Part shown: positions 54,753 through 64,000 of the stretch, in pieces
Layout: each line of letters starts with the position of its first letter
How positions within the stretch are numbered: the stretch's first letter is position 1
Assembly: GCA_964293455.1 (NCBI GenBank)
Contig: CAXYZD010000001.1
Coordinates: forward strand, 341-64,340
Direction: 5' to 3'
Length of the DNA: 64,000 bases
Origin: an uncultured Acinetobacter sp.
GTDB taxonomy: Bacteria > Pseudomonadota > Gammaproteobacteria > Pseudomonadales > Moraxellaceae
Position numbers and translations under genes: made by a program
The notes under the pieces: generated by a model
Database searches by the model: none
The model's input: the letters and a program-made list of their open reading frames with translations, nothing else
What the model was told of the DNA's origin: nothing

Positions 54753-55769
54753 TTAACGCTTCGAGCTATAAATCTGATCAAACATACCGCCATTCACAAA
54801 GTGTGTTTGCTGTGCTTTCGCCCAACCACCAAATACTTCATCAATGGTAAATGTTTTCAGTGCAGGGAATTGCTTTGAATATTTCGCTAAAATTTGTGGA
54901 TTACGTGGACGATAAAAATGACGTGCTGCCATATCTTGACCAAGTGGTGAGTATAAATAGTTGATATAGCCTGTCGCCAACCATTTGTTGCCATTCTTCT
55001 CAACGGTTTTATCGACAATTGCCACCGATGGCTCAGTCAAAATAGACATCGATGGATAAACGATATCAAACTTATCACCCAATGTTTTTTTACTGATCAT
55101 GGCTTCATTTTCCCATGTCAATAAAACATCACCAATACCACGTTCAGCAAAGGTCGTCATTGATGCACGAGCAGCAGGATCCATCACTTTCACGTTGTGA
55201 TACATTTTTGACACAAACTCACGTGCTTTAACATCATTGCCACCCGGTTGTTTCAGTGCATAACCCCACGCAGAGAGGTAAATCCAACGTGGTAAGCCAC
55301 CTGTTTTCGGATTTGGCGTAATAATTTGAACACCCGGTTTGGTTAAATCTGTCCAATCTTTAATGCCTTTCGGGTTGCCTTTACGTACCATAAATACAAT
55401 GGTCGAAGTATAAGGCGCAGAGTTTGATGGAAACTCTTTTTCCCAACCCGGATTAATCTGCCCCGATTTCACAATTTCATTAATGTCATTGGCAAGTGCG
55501 AGTGTCACTACATCACCTTTCAAACCATCAACAACTGAACGTGCTTGCTTACCTGAACCACCATGTGACTGTTTAAAATGTACCGTTTTACCTGTACGTT
55601 TTAACCAATATGCACCAAATGATTTGTTAAACTCATCGTAAAATTCACGTGTCGCATCATAAGAGACATTCAGAAATTCACGGTCAGCAGCCTGTACAGA
55701 CGTTGTCGTTGCAGCAACACCTGAAAGCAATAATGTTGCGCTCAATACGGTTTTTAATAGGCTTTTCAT
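54753..55769 (-). CDS. sbp: Sulfate/thiosulfate ABC transporter substrate-binding protein (Met-containing paralog)
   Basis: LNVSYDATRE, SHGGSGKQARSV, RKGNPKGIKDW, WENEA; signal peptide begins at MKSLLK (55769). Confidence 0.88.
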   Translation of the reverse strand: MKSLLKTVLSATLLLSGVAATTTSVQAADREFLNVSYDATREFYDEFNKSFGAYWLKRTGKTVHFKQSHGGSGKQARSVVDGLKGDVVTLALANDINEIVKSGQINPGWEKEFPSNSAPYTSTIVFMVRKGNPKGIKDWTDLTKPGVQIITPNPKTGGLPRWIYLSAWGYALKQPGGNDVKAREFVSKMYHNVKVMDPAARASMTTFAERGIGDVLLTWENEAMISKKTLGDKFDIVYPSMSILTEPSVAIVDKTVEKNGNKWLATGYINYLYSPLGQDMAARHFYRPRNPQILAKYSKQFPALKTFTIDEVFGGWAKAQQTHFVNGGMFDQIYSSKR

Positions 55770-56034
55770 GACATATCTAAAAATAATATAAGTTACTAGT
55801 AAATATATGAACAATTCATATAAATCGCAATTCAGCTTTTCGTAGATAGTACATACTGCTTTATTTTTAATATTCTTAATCTATTGTTTTTAATTTAAAA
55901 AATACATATTTTCATTTTTATAATACATATATACCAATTTCTGCTTTCATTATGAAAGAAACGAATATGATCTATTCGCTTCTTTTCACTTTTATATCCA
56001 ATTTTACGATTTTTTTAAAAGAATAACCTATAGA

Positions 56035-57045
56035 TCATTTCTCCGCCGAGATTTGATCATAAATCGCTCCATTTACAAAATGTGTTTTTTGAGCTTTTGC
56101 CCAACCACCAAATACATCATTAATGGTAAAAAGTTTTATTTTTGGAAACTTACCTGCATATTTTGCAGCAGCTTGTGCATTGCGTGGTCGGAAATTATAC
56201 TTTGCTGCCAAATCCTGCCCCACAGGCGAATACAAATAGTTTAAATAACCCTTGGCAAGATTACGATTCCCATCTCTATCGACATTTTTATCAACAATAG
56301 CTACCGATGGCTCGGCTAAAATTGAAATAGACGGATAAACAATCTGATATTTATCTTTATCAGGCCCTGAAGTTGCCAATAATGCTTCATTTTCCCAAGA
56401 CAGCAGCACATCACCAATACCACGCTCAGCAAAAGTCGTTAACGAACCTCGTGCGCCTGAATCTAATACTTTGACATTTTTATATAGCTTTTTGACCAAT
56501 TCACGTGCATTTGCATCATTACCACCCGGTTGTTTTAACGCATAGCCCCACGCTGACAAATAAATCCAGCGTGGCGCACCACCCGTTTTTGGATTTGGGG
56601 TAATAATTTCCACATTAGGTTTGATTAAATCATTCCAATCTTTAATACCTTTTGGATTACCTTTACGGACTAAAAATACAATAGTCGATGTATAAGGTGC
56701 TGAATTATTTGGAAACTCCTTTTCCCAGCCCTTTTCAATTAAGCCTGCGTTGACAATTTCATCAATATCGTTGGCAAGTGCAAGAGTCACTACATCGGCT
56801 TGCAAACCATCAACTACAGAACGTGCTTGCTTCCCTGAGCCACCATGTGACTGTTTAAATTCAATGCTCTGTCCTGTTTTAGTTTTCCAAAACTCACCAA
56901 AATTTTTATTATATTCCTGATAAAACTCACGGGTTGGATCATAGGAAACATTGAGAAATTCTTTGGCAGCATAGCTTGCACTACTGAGTGCAATGCCACT
57001 AAGCCCCATAAATGTAATCGCACTTGTTAAAATAATTTTTTTCAT
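56035..57045 (-). CDS. sbp: Sulfate ABC transporter substrate-binding protein (sulfur-free paralog)
   Basis: LNVSYDPTRE, SHGGSGKQARSV, LDSGARGS, WENEA; signal peptide begins at MKKIIL (57045). Confidence 0.9.
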   Translation of the reverse strand: MKKIILTSAITFMGLSGIALSSASYAAKEFLNVSYDPTREFYQEYNKNFGEFWKTKTGQSIEFKQSHGGSGKQARSVVDGLQADVVTLALANDIDEIVNAGLIEKGWEKEFPNNSAPYTSTIVFLVRKGNPKGIKDWNDLIKPNVEIITPNPKTGGAPRWIYLSAWGYALKQPGGNDANARELVKKLYKNVKVLDSGARGSLTTFAERGIGDVLLSWENEALLATSGPDKDKYQIVYPSISILAEPSVAIVDKNVDRDGNRNLAKGYLNYLYSPVGQDLAAKYNFRPRNAQAAAKYAGKFPKIKLFTINDVFGGWAKAQKTHFVNGAIYDQISAEK

Positions 57046-57440
57046 TGTATATTTACTACTGGTATCATTTTCAAACACTATATTTCTATCATTTCTATTC
57101 TACAATCCTTCAGTTATATGTATATTTTTATAATAAATCACATTTTGTCATATTTAATCGCTTGAAATTCATTCAAAAATAAATGAGAATAAATTTCATT
57201 AAGAATGTTCTATAAATAGATCACAAACTAAATCACCTCTTCATGCTGTCTACACAGTTATTTGTTAAAACAGCGTGGTGAAAAACGAAAAATTTGATAA
57301 TTGACACCCAATTTTTCTTATTTTTCATTAAAAGTGTGAACTAATTTATGTTTTTTGTTATAAAATGTATTACAGTTAGTGTATAGTCTCGGTATATGTA
57401 TGTATCTAGATTATAAGAAATACCAACCAATAGGGGATGA

Positions 57441-57764
57441 TTGGATATGAAAACTCAATTACACAAAATAGCAATACTCGGACTTTTTTTAGGGCTTACT
57501 ACACAAATGGGGCATACCGCTGCCATTAAAGATACCCATAGAGCCATTACATCAAGCGTGGTGATCGAACGTCAATCGCCTATTGAAAAAGCATTATTAC
57601 AACAAAAACAGCAAAAGCGTAGCGAACAAAAGTTAATTACAGAAAGTGATGAATTAAAAGTACTAACTTCGCTGAAATCTGCACCGACTCAGAATTTTTT
57701 TGCTGATCAACATCAACGTTTTTCACGCTTTGTTCAAGCATTTTTCCAACCGCATAACTCTTAA
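57441..57764 (+). CDS. Small predicted secreted hypothetical protein
   Basis: GGGGA SD and a signal-peptide-like N-terminus (ATG 57447 is the likely start); no family recognised. Confidence 0.6.
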   Translation: MDMKTQLHKIAILGLFLGLTTQMGHTAAIKDTHRAITSSVVIERQSPIEKALLQQKQQKRSEQKLITESDELKVLTSLKSAPTQNFFADQHQRFSRFVQAFFQPHNS

Positions 57765-57813
57765 ACCTATTTAGGACGGTTTGTAAATTCGCTTCCCCAA
57801 AGAGAATTAAGTT

Positions 57814-57860
57814 GCCCAATCGTTTATTGGTGAATTAGCCCTTAAGCGATTGGGCTTTTT
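57814..57860 (+). terminator. Hairpin terminator upstream of gltX
   Basis: GCCCAATCGTTTA...TAAGCGATTGGGC followed by TTTTT. Confidence 0.6.
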
Positions 57861-57902
57861 CGTTATAATAGATCCAATTTATAGTTTGAATAATAGCTGA
57901 CC

Positions 57903-59411
57903 ATGACCGTTCGTACTCGTATTGCTCCCTCTCCTACAGGTTTTCCTCATGTAGGTACAGCTTATATCGCCTTGTTTAATTTATGTTTTGCTAAACAACA
58001 TGGCGGTGAATTTATTTTACGTATTGAAGATACTGATCAAGTCCGCTCAACCCCTGAATCTGAAAAAATGATTTTAGATTCATTGCGTTGGTTAGGTCTC
58101 AATTGGTCTGAAGGTCCAGATATCGGTGGTCCTCACGCACCTTACCGTCAATCTGAACGTATGGGCATTTATAAACAATATGCACTTGAACTTGTTGAAA
58201 AAGGTCATGCATTCTATGCCTTTGAAACAGCTGAAGAACTCGATCAAATGCGTGCAGATCAACAAACACGTGGTGAATCACCTCGTTACGATGGTCGTGC
58301 ATTAAACTTATCTGCTGAAGAAGTACAAACTCGCCTTGCAGCAGGTGAACCGCATGTGATCCGCATGAAAATTCCAACTGAAGGCATTTGTCGTTTCCCT
58401 GACATGCTTCGTGGTGAAATTGAGATTCCATGGACACAAGTGGATATGCAAGTGCTGTTAAAAACAGATGGCTTGCCGACTTATCATTTGGCAAATGTCG
58501 TTGATGACCATTTAATGGAAATTACTCACGTGATTCGTGGTGAAGAATGGATTCCATCTGCACCAAAACATCAATTACTTTACCAATATTTTGGTTGGGA
58601 CATGCCAACACTGTGCCATATGCCTTTGTTGCGTAATCCTGATAAATCAAAACTATCTAAACGTAAAAACCCAACATCTATTAACTACTACAAAGATATT
58701 GGTGTACTTCCCGAAGCATTGTTGAATTATTTGGGTCGTATGGGTTGGTCTATGCCTGATGAGCGTGAAAAATTCAGCCTTGCAGAAATGGTTGAACATT
58801 TCGACATTAAACGCGTATCACTCGGTGGTCCAATCTTTGATGTTGAAAAACTCAATTGGCTCAATGGTCAATGGATTAAAGGTTTAACACCGGGTCAATT
58901 ACTCGATACGTTACTGACTTGGAAAGCCGATCGTAAATTACTTGAAGATATTGCTGCTGCAATTCAACCGCGTATTAACTTATTGTCTGAAGCTGTGAAT
59001 TGGGCAGGTTTCTACTTCAACCAATTCCCAACTTTATCTAAAGAACAATTTGAAAGTAAAAAATTGTCAGAAGAACAAGTTCGTCAAAGTTTACAGTTTG
59101 CTATTTGGCGTCTAGAAAGCATGTTTACATGGAACAATGACACCGTGAGCCAAACTTTAATGGATTTGGCAGCACAAATGGAAATCAAACTGCGTGATTT
59201 CATGCCGACATTCTTTATTGCCATTGCAGGTTCAACATCTTCAACCCCTGTCATGCAGTCAATGGTGACGATTGGACCTGATTTGACCTTTGCTCGTTTA
59301 CGCCATGCGCTTGAAATTGTAGGTGGTCCGAGCAAAAAAGAAACAAAAGTATGGGAAAAACTCAATGAAAGCCTAAAACTGCCGAAAAATAATGCAGTTG
59401 ATAACACTTAA
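57903..59411 (+). CDS. gltX: Glutamate--tRNA ligase
   Basis: [13 protein letters not shown] (HIGH), RIEDTD, KLSKR (KMSKS). Confidence 0.98.
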   Translation: MTVRTRIAPSPTGFPHVGTAYIALFNLCFAKQHGGEFILRIEDTDQVRSTPESEKMILDSLRWLGLNWSEGPDIGGPHAPYRQSERMGIYKQYALELVEKGHAFYAFETAEELDQMRADQQTRGESPRYDGRALNLSAEEVQTRLAAGEPHVIRMKIPTEGICRFPDMLRGEIEIPWTQVDMQVLLKTDGLPTYHLANVVDDHLMEITHVIRGEEWIPSAPKHQLLYQYFGWDMPTLCHMPLLRNPDKSKLSKRKNPTSINYYKDIGVLPEALLNYLGRMGWSMPDEREKFSLAEMVEHFDIKRVSLGGPIFDVEKLNWLNGQWIKGLTPGQLLDTLLTWKADRKLLEDIAAAIQPRINLLSEAVNWAGFYFNQFPTLSKEQFESKKLSEEQVRQSLQFAIWRLESMFTWNNDTVSQTLMDLAAQMEIKLRDFMPTFFIAIAGSTSSTPVMQSMVTIGPDLTFARLRHALEIVGGPSKKETKVWEKLNESLKLPKNNAVDNT

Positions 59412-59423
59412 TTGAATTTAATG

Positions 59424-59459
59424 TTGACGTATGGGCGCTATGCCCCTAATATAGCGCCC
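59424..59459 (+). promoter_or_regulatory. sigma70 stable-RNA promoter for tRNA-Glu
   Basis: TTGACG-17 bp-TAATAT followed by a GC-rich discriminator AGCGCCC. Confidence 0.75.
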
Positions 59460-59543
59460 ATACAGAGACTAGGTTGAAAAACTTAGTTAGTAAAATTCTA
59501 CAATGACATTGTTGATGTAAGTTTTACTGCTGTTGCCTCGATT

Positions 59544-59619
59544 GTCCCTATCGTCTAGAGGCCTAGGACATCGCCCTTTCACGGCGGTAACCGGGGTTCG
59601 AATCCCCGTAGGGACGCCA
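59544..59619 (+). tRNA. tRNA-Glu (TTC)
   Basis: 76 nt GTCCCTATCGTCTAGAGGCCTAGGACATCGCCCTTTCACGGCGGTAACCGGGGTTCGAATCCCCGTAGGGACGCCA: acceptor stem, TTC anticodon, GTTCGAATC T-loop and encoded CCA. Confidence 0.98.
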
Positions 59620-59653
59620 TATTTAAGATGGCTTTGTTTGAAGTTATCTTCGT

Positions 59654-59685
59654 AAAAAACCCAAGCATTATGACTTGGGTTTTTT
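59654..59685 (+). terminator. Intrinsic terminator after tRNA-Glu
   Basis: AAAAAACCCAAG...CTTGGGTTTTTT. Confidence 0.88.
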
Positions 59686-59796
59686 ATTGCCTATTTTTTG
59701 ATGATGTATTTATTTATATCAACAAAATAAGCTCGCTTTTTACATTCAATGCTATTCCGACTAAAATAACACTCAGATTAAACCTGTGGAGTCCTC

Positions 59797-60138
59797 ATGC
59801 AATACCAATGCCCAAAATGTCAGAGCCGAAAAATTATTCCCGTTGCAAGTGCCAATGAACCTGCAGTACGCCCTGTCGTGCCGAAAAGCTTGGTATTTCT
59901 TATTCCTCTAATTTTTATTTTATTACTCTTGGTGGTCATTAGCATTTTTATGTCAATTTTTGGCAATGGTGCAGGTCAAACACTCCAAATTGCAACAGTT
60001 GTGATCTTTATTGCTTCAGTGATTGCCGGAATTTTATTTTGGCGTGATCTTCCTGATTTTAAAATTTCAATGCAATCTTTCATGCAAGCCAATAAAGAGT
60101 GGAAATGCCGTGATTGCAACCACCAGTGGAAAGTTTAA
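59797..60138 (+). CDS. Small two-TM membrane protein with a split zinc ribbon
   Basis: CPKC at the N-terminus, two hydrophobic helices, CRDC at the C-terminus; GGAG SD. Confidence 0.75.
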   Translation: MQYQCPKCQSRKIIPVASANEPAVRPVVPKSLVFLIPLIFILLLLVVISIFMSIFGNGAGQTLQIATVVIFIASVIAGILFWRDLPDFKISMQSFMQANKEWKCRDCNHQWKV

Positions 60139-60166
60139 TTTATTGATCTTATAAATAGAAACAGCA

Positions 60167-61129
60167 TCAATGTTGATGCTGTTTTGCTGAGTTTGAATGC
60201 TCATGTGACTCGTGATCGTGATGAGCATGCTCATTCATTGAATATGTAATACATTGATCATCTTCAATTTGTAGAGTCATCTCAGTAATACCATGTTCAT
60301 GGCTGAGCATTTCTATTGCTTCTTGATACAAAACATTCCGATCTGCCTGTGGTGCAAGCAAATGTACCGTTAAATGTACATTTTTAGAGGTAATTGCCCA
60401 CACTTTCAGTTGATGAATACTCTCCACACCGTTTAATGCCAATAGATCTTTACGCAACTTTTCAATATCAATTTCTTCAGGTACACCTTCAAGTAAAATA
60501 TTAATACTCTGTTTAAGCAAAATCCATGTTCTCGGCAATACCCAAAAACCAATCAATACCGCAATAACCGTATCAACCCACATCCAACCTGTAAAATAAA
60601 TAATTGCAGCACCAATAATCACGCCTACTGATCCAACAGCATCACTCAATACTTCAAGATAAGCGCCTTTTATATTTAGACTTTCTTGCGAACTTGAAAA
60701 GAGAATTTTCATAGAAATCAGGTTAATGATTAAGCCGATCACAGCAACAATCATCATCCCTAGACTTTGAATTTCAGGTGGATGACTAAAACGCTGATAT
60801 GCTTCATACAAAATATAAATCGCAACGACAAAGAGCATCATGGCATTAAACAATGCCGCTAAAATTTCAAAACGCTGATAACCAAAAGTACGTTTATTGT
60901 CCGCAGGTAACTTACCAATTTTAATGGCAACCAAAGCAATCGCCAAAGCTGCCGCATCTGTAAACATATGTGCCGCATCGGACAACAATGCTAAACTTTG
61001 CGTGATAAAACCAGCGACAACTTCAATAATTAAAAATGTCGTCGTCAATGCCAAAGCAAAGGTCAGTTTTTTTGCATTTCCTTCCGTAACAACAGCATGA
61101 CTATGGTCATGACCTGCATGATTACCCAT
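60167..61129 (-). CDS. czcD: Cation diffusion facilitator (Zn/Co/Cd efflux) CzcD
   Basis: SLALLSDAAHMFTD, TFGYQRFEILAA, His-rich N- and C-termini. Confidence 0.93.
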   Translation of the reverse strand: MGNHAGHDHSHAVVTEGNAKKLTFALALTTTFLIIEVVAGFITQSLALLSDAAHMFTDAAALAIALVAIKIGKLPADNKRTFGYQRFEILAALFNAMMLFVVAIYILYEAYQRFSHPPEIQSLGMMIVAVIGLIINLISMKILFSSSQESLNIKGAYLEVLSDAVGSVGVIIGAAIIYFTGWMWVDTVIAVLIGFWVLPRTWILLKQSINILLEGVPEEIDIEKLRKDLLALNGVESIHQLKVWAITSKNVHLTVHLLAPQADRNVLYQEAIEMLSHEHGITEMTLQIEDDQCITYSMNEHAHHDHESHEHSNSAKQHQH

Positions 61130-61181
61130 TTTTCACCTCTTTTTATTGCCTTGATCTAGTGAGTTAATGATTAGCTTAAAC

Positions 61182-61200
61182 ATTAATGATAATTATTATC
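61182..61200. promoter_or_regulatory. Fur box
   Basis: ATTAATGATAATTATTATC matches GATAATGATAATCATTATC at 16/19 positions; lies in the divergent czcD/DUF4198 spacer. Confidence 0.65.
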
Positions 61201-61281
61201 AAATAATAAAATTCTCATATATAATCCATCTATTTTAAACCTACGCCACAAATCATGACATTGCACTAGGATTCAAAACCA

Positions 61282-62091
61282 ATGAGAAAATATATTCTTT
61301 CTACTTTATTCTTCAGCTTAGCAACAACATTGACATATGCACATGAACCTTATGTTGCGCCTTTGAGCTATATCACGTCAAATACTCAAATTCCTGTGAT
61401 AAGTGCCTACGCAGAGCAAGCTCTTCAAGCAGAATATGCATTAAAACAACCTACTTTTAATATTATTCAACCCGATCAAAGTAAAATCAGCATCACATCT
61501 GAAAGCACTTTAAAATCTGCAAGTTTGATTGATCTGCCACTTCCACAAAAAGGTACGTATCAAATTTCGAGTAAAGTATCTTTTCCTTTAAAATACGTAC
61601 AGCACAATAAAGAATGGAAAACCTTCTTTGATATGCCAGCAGATCAAGCCAAAGATATTAAAGAACGTGACTATGTGATTCCCGCTGATTTCAAAAAAGT
61701 ACCGACTCTTGTAGAAGTCACACGTGAATGGTCAATTCAGAGTTATGTGTCTAAAGAAGAAATATCACCTATTCAAAGTAAAATTGATGCACCAATACAA
61801 GTTGAGTTTAAACAACACCCGAACCAACTCATCGCTCAACAACCCGTACAAATCTCAATCACTAAAGATGGTAAAGCAATCAAAAATGCTGAGCTACTTG
61901 TTCGCTCTCAAGGACAAAAAGAAGATGATGCCACTCAAATCACTGTAGACACTAATGGCTTAGCAACATTGAACTTCCCACACGCAGGTCAATACCTCGT
62001 TGAAGTCAGTGAGAAAGAAACGAAAGGTGCTAAACCAAGCAATCAGCACTACACCATCATCAGTTTAGATGTCCAACCAACAACAAAATAA
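61282..62091 (+). CDS. Periplasmic DUF4198-like (metal uptake-associated) protein
   Basis: Signal peptide ending in AH-EPY, beta-rich body, C-terminal TNGLATLNFPHAGQYLVEV. Confidence 0.7.
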   Translation: MRKYILSTLFFSLATTLTYAHEPYVAPLSYITSNTQIPVISAYAEQALQAEYALKQPTFNIIQPDQSKISITSESTLKSASLIDLPLPQKGTYQISSKVSFPLKYVQHNKEWKTFFDMPADQAKDIKERDYVIPADFKKVPTLVEVTREWSIQSYVSKEEISPIQSKIDAPIQVEFKQHPNQLIAQQPVQISITKDGKAIKNAELLVRSQGQKEDDATQITVDTNGLATLNFPHAGQYLVEVSEKETKGAKPSNQHYTIISLDVQPTTK

Positions 62092-62109
62092 AGAAAAATA
62101 CTTTATTTC

Positions 62110-62143
62110 AATCTCGCTCTTTCATTAGAAAAAGCGAGATTTT
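62110..62143. terminator. Hairpin terminator between convergent genes
   Basis: AATCTCGCT...AGCGAGATT. Confidence 0.65.
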
Positions 62144-62168
62144 CATTTTGAATCTACATTTTTAATGC

Positions 62169-64000
62169 TTAGGGTTTAAGAAGATCAAGCTTCTCTTTCC
62201 TTTCATTCATCCAACGGTAAATCACAGGCAAAATCAGCAAGGTGAGTAAAGTGGATGATACAATCCCACCAATCACCACAGTTGCCAGTGGACGCTGTAC
62301 TTCCGCACCCGTGCCTGTTGCCAAAGCCATTGGAATAAAGCCAAGCGATGCCACACAAGCCGTCATCAATACAGGACGTAAACGTAAAATTGCACCCTGC
62401 CATGTTGCCTGTACCACATCAAACTGTTGACGTAACTCTTTAATAAAGGTCAACATCACCAAACCATTCAGCACCGCCACACCTGATAGCGCAATGAAAC
62501 CAATGCCCGCAGACATCGATAATGGAATATCACGTAGCCACAAGGCAATGAGTCCACCACACAGCGCAAAAGGTACACCTGTGAAGACAAGTAGGCTCTC
62601 TTTGACATTGTGAAAAACTGCCATCAGTAGAATGAAAATGGTGATCAGCGCCAATGGAACAACCAACTGCATTCGAGCTTTAGCAGACGTCAAGTTTTCA
62701 AATTGCCCACCATAATCCAACCAATAACCTGATGGCATTTCTTGTTTAGATAATGTGCTTTGCAGCTCCGTCACAAAAGAGCCTAAATCGTGCCCTTCAA
62801 CATTAGCAGTCACAATCACACGGCGTTTACCATCTTCACGACTAACCTGATTGATGCCGAGAATATTCTCAACTTTTGCTACATCTTGCAGTTGAATCAA
62901 ACCACCGTTGGGAATTTGAATCGGTAATGTCGCTAAATGCTCAGGTGTGCGCTGTGCATCATCTAAACGAATGACAAAATCAAAACGGCGATCCCCTTGT
63001 AGAATCTGCCCGACATTTTGACCACCGACACTTGTTGCCACCAAATCCTGAATGGCTTTCACCGACAAACCATATTGCGCAGCAGCAGCTTTATTCACTT
63101 CAACATTGAGCAGTGGTAAACCCGATGTTTGTTCAACATTAACTGCTGTTGCACCTGAAATCGCTTGAATTTTTTGTGCAATAAGATTGGCTTGCTGATT
63201 TAGCACCTCCATATCATCACCAAAGATTTTCACCCCCACATCACTACGTACACCTGAGATTAACTCATTGAAGCGTAATTCAATCGGTTGGGAAAATTCG
63301 CTGTTATTGCCCGGTAGAGTCGCCAAAAATGCAATCATACGCTGGCGTAATTCATCCAAAGTTTCCTTTGGATTTTTCCATTGATCACGTGGCTTCAGTA
63401 ACAAAACTGCATCTGAAATATTCGGTGGCATCACATCAGTTGCTACTTCAGCTGTACCTGTCCGTGCAAAGATTGCTTTAATTTCAGGAAATTCTTTTAG
63501 CAATAACTTTTCAGTATTTTCCTGCATCCGCAAGGACTGTTCTAAACCAGTGCTTGGTGAACGCATTTGCTGAACGGCAAAATCACCCTCACTGAGTTGT
63601 GGCGCAAACTCACTGCCAATTTGCGTTGCCAATACACCTGTTATAAATAAAATGCACAGCGCAATCGTTACCACGAACATTTTAAATTCATAAGCAATAT
63701 TCAACAAAGCTTCATATTTTTGCTTTAGCCACAGCATCCAACGGCTTTCAGTTTCTTTGACTTCACCATTCACAAATAAAGCTACAGCTGCAGGTACAAA
63801 AGTCACCGATAGAATGATTGCCCCCACCAAAGCCAAGACTACCGTCATTGCCATTGGATGGAACAGTTTGGCTTCTACACCTGACAATGCAAAGATTGGT
63901 AAATACACCACAAGAATGATCAATTGCCCGAAAATAAGCGGACGACGTGCTTGTTTAGCAGCAAGAAATACTTCTTTAAAACGCTCAGAACGATTGAGTA
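62169..64000 (-). CDS. czcA: Heavy-metal efflux RND permease CzcA/CusA family (5' end outside the window)
   Basis: LFHPMAMTV, ARTGTAEVATD, GFIALSGVAVLNG, RLRPVLMTA, GAEVQRPLATVVIGG; the frame continues past 64000. Confidence 0.95.
   Translation of the reverse strand, partial: LNRSERFKEVFLAAKQARRPLIFGQLIILVVYLPIFALSGVEAKLFHPMAMTVVLALVGAIILSVTFVPAAVALFVNGEVKETESRWMLWLKQKYEALLNIAYEFKMFVVTIALCILFITGVLATQIGSEFAPQLSEGDFAVQQMRSPSTGLEQSLRMQENTEKLLLKEFPEIKAIFARTGTAEVATDVMPPNISDAVLLLKPRDQWKNPKETLDELRQRMIAFLATLPGNNSEFSQPIELRFNELISGVRSDVGVKIFGDDMEVLNQQANLIAQKIQAISGATAVNVEQTSGLPLLNVEVNKAAAAQYGLSVKAIQDLVATSVGGQNVGQILQGDRRFDFVIRLDDAQRTPEHLATLPIQIPNGGLIQLQDVAKVENILGINQVSREDGKRRVIVTANVEGHDLGSFVTELQSTLSKQEMPSGYWLDYGGQFENLTSAKARMQLVVPLALITIFILLMAVFHNVKESLLVFTGVPFALCGGLIALWLRDIPLSMSAGIGFIALSGVAVLNGLVMLTFIKELRQQFDVVQATWQGAILRLRPVLMTACVASLGFIPMALATGTGAEVQRPLATVVIGGIVSSTLLTLLILPVIYRWMNERKEKLDLLKP

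Noticed and set aside
57182-57200. Fur-like AATGAGAATAAATTTCATT upstream of sbp
   Set aside because: Imperfect match in a very AT-rich spacer; not distinguishable from background.
59544-64000. Genomic island integrated at tRNA-Glu
   Set aside because: No integrase, no duplicated tRNA 3' end seen, a native terminator follows directly, and composition looks host-like.

Overview
AT-rich gammaproteobacterial chromosome segment; gene order and protein sequences point to Acinetobacter (Moraxellaceae). It is mostly core genome: recD(partial)-recB-recC, class II PPK2/PAP, ubiE-ubiJ-ubiB, a patatin-like gene, hisIE, a UvrD-like helicase plus a degenerate PtuA-like ABC ATPase, the pha/mrp antiporter operon, gltBD, pilMNOPQ-aroKB, ponA, rlmA, a short dcw cluster without mraZ, two tandem sulfate-binding proteins, gltX-tRNA-Glu, czcD, a DUF4198-like gene and czcA(partial). 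The main anomaly is a 102-bp non-coding Correia/RUP/ERIC-like MITE (TA target duplication, 30-bp imperfect TIRs, central IHF consensus) that splits pilP; removing it restores an in-frame 175-aa PilP. Other hidden signals: five DnaA-box-like 9-mers at exact 12-bp period at the start of recD, a four-Cys insertion next to the Chi-recognition helix of RecC, a sulfur-free versus Met-containing pair of sulfate-binding paralogs, and a sigma54/NtrC promoter for gltBD. All calls were made by eye with no database searches.
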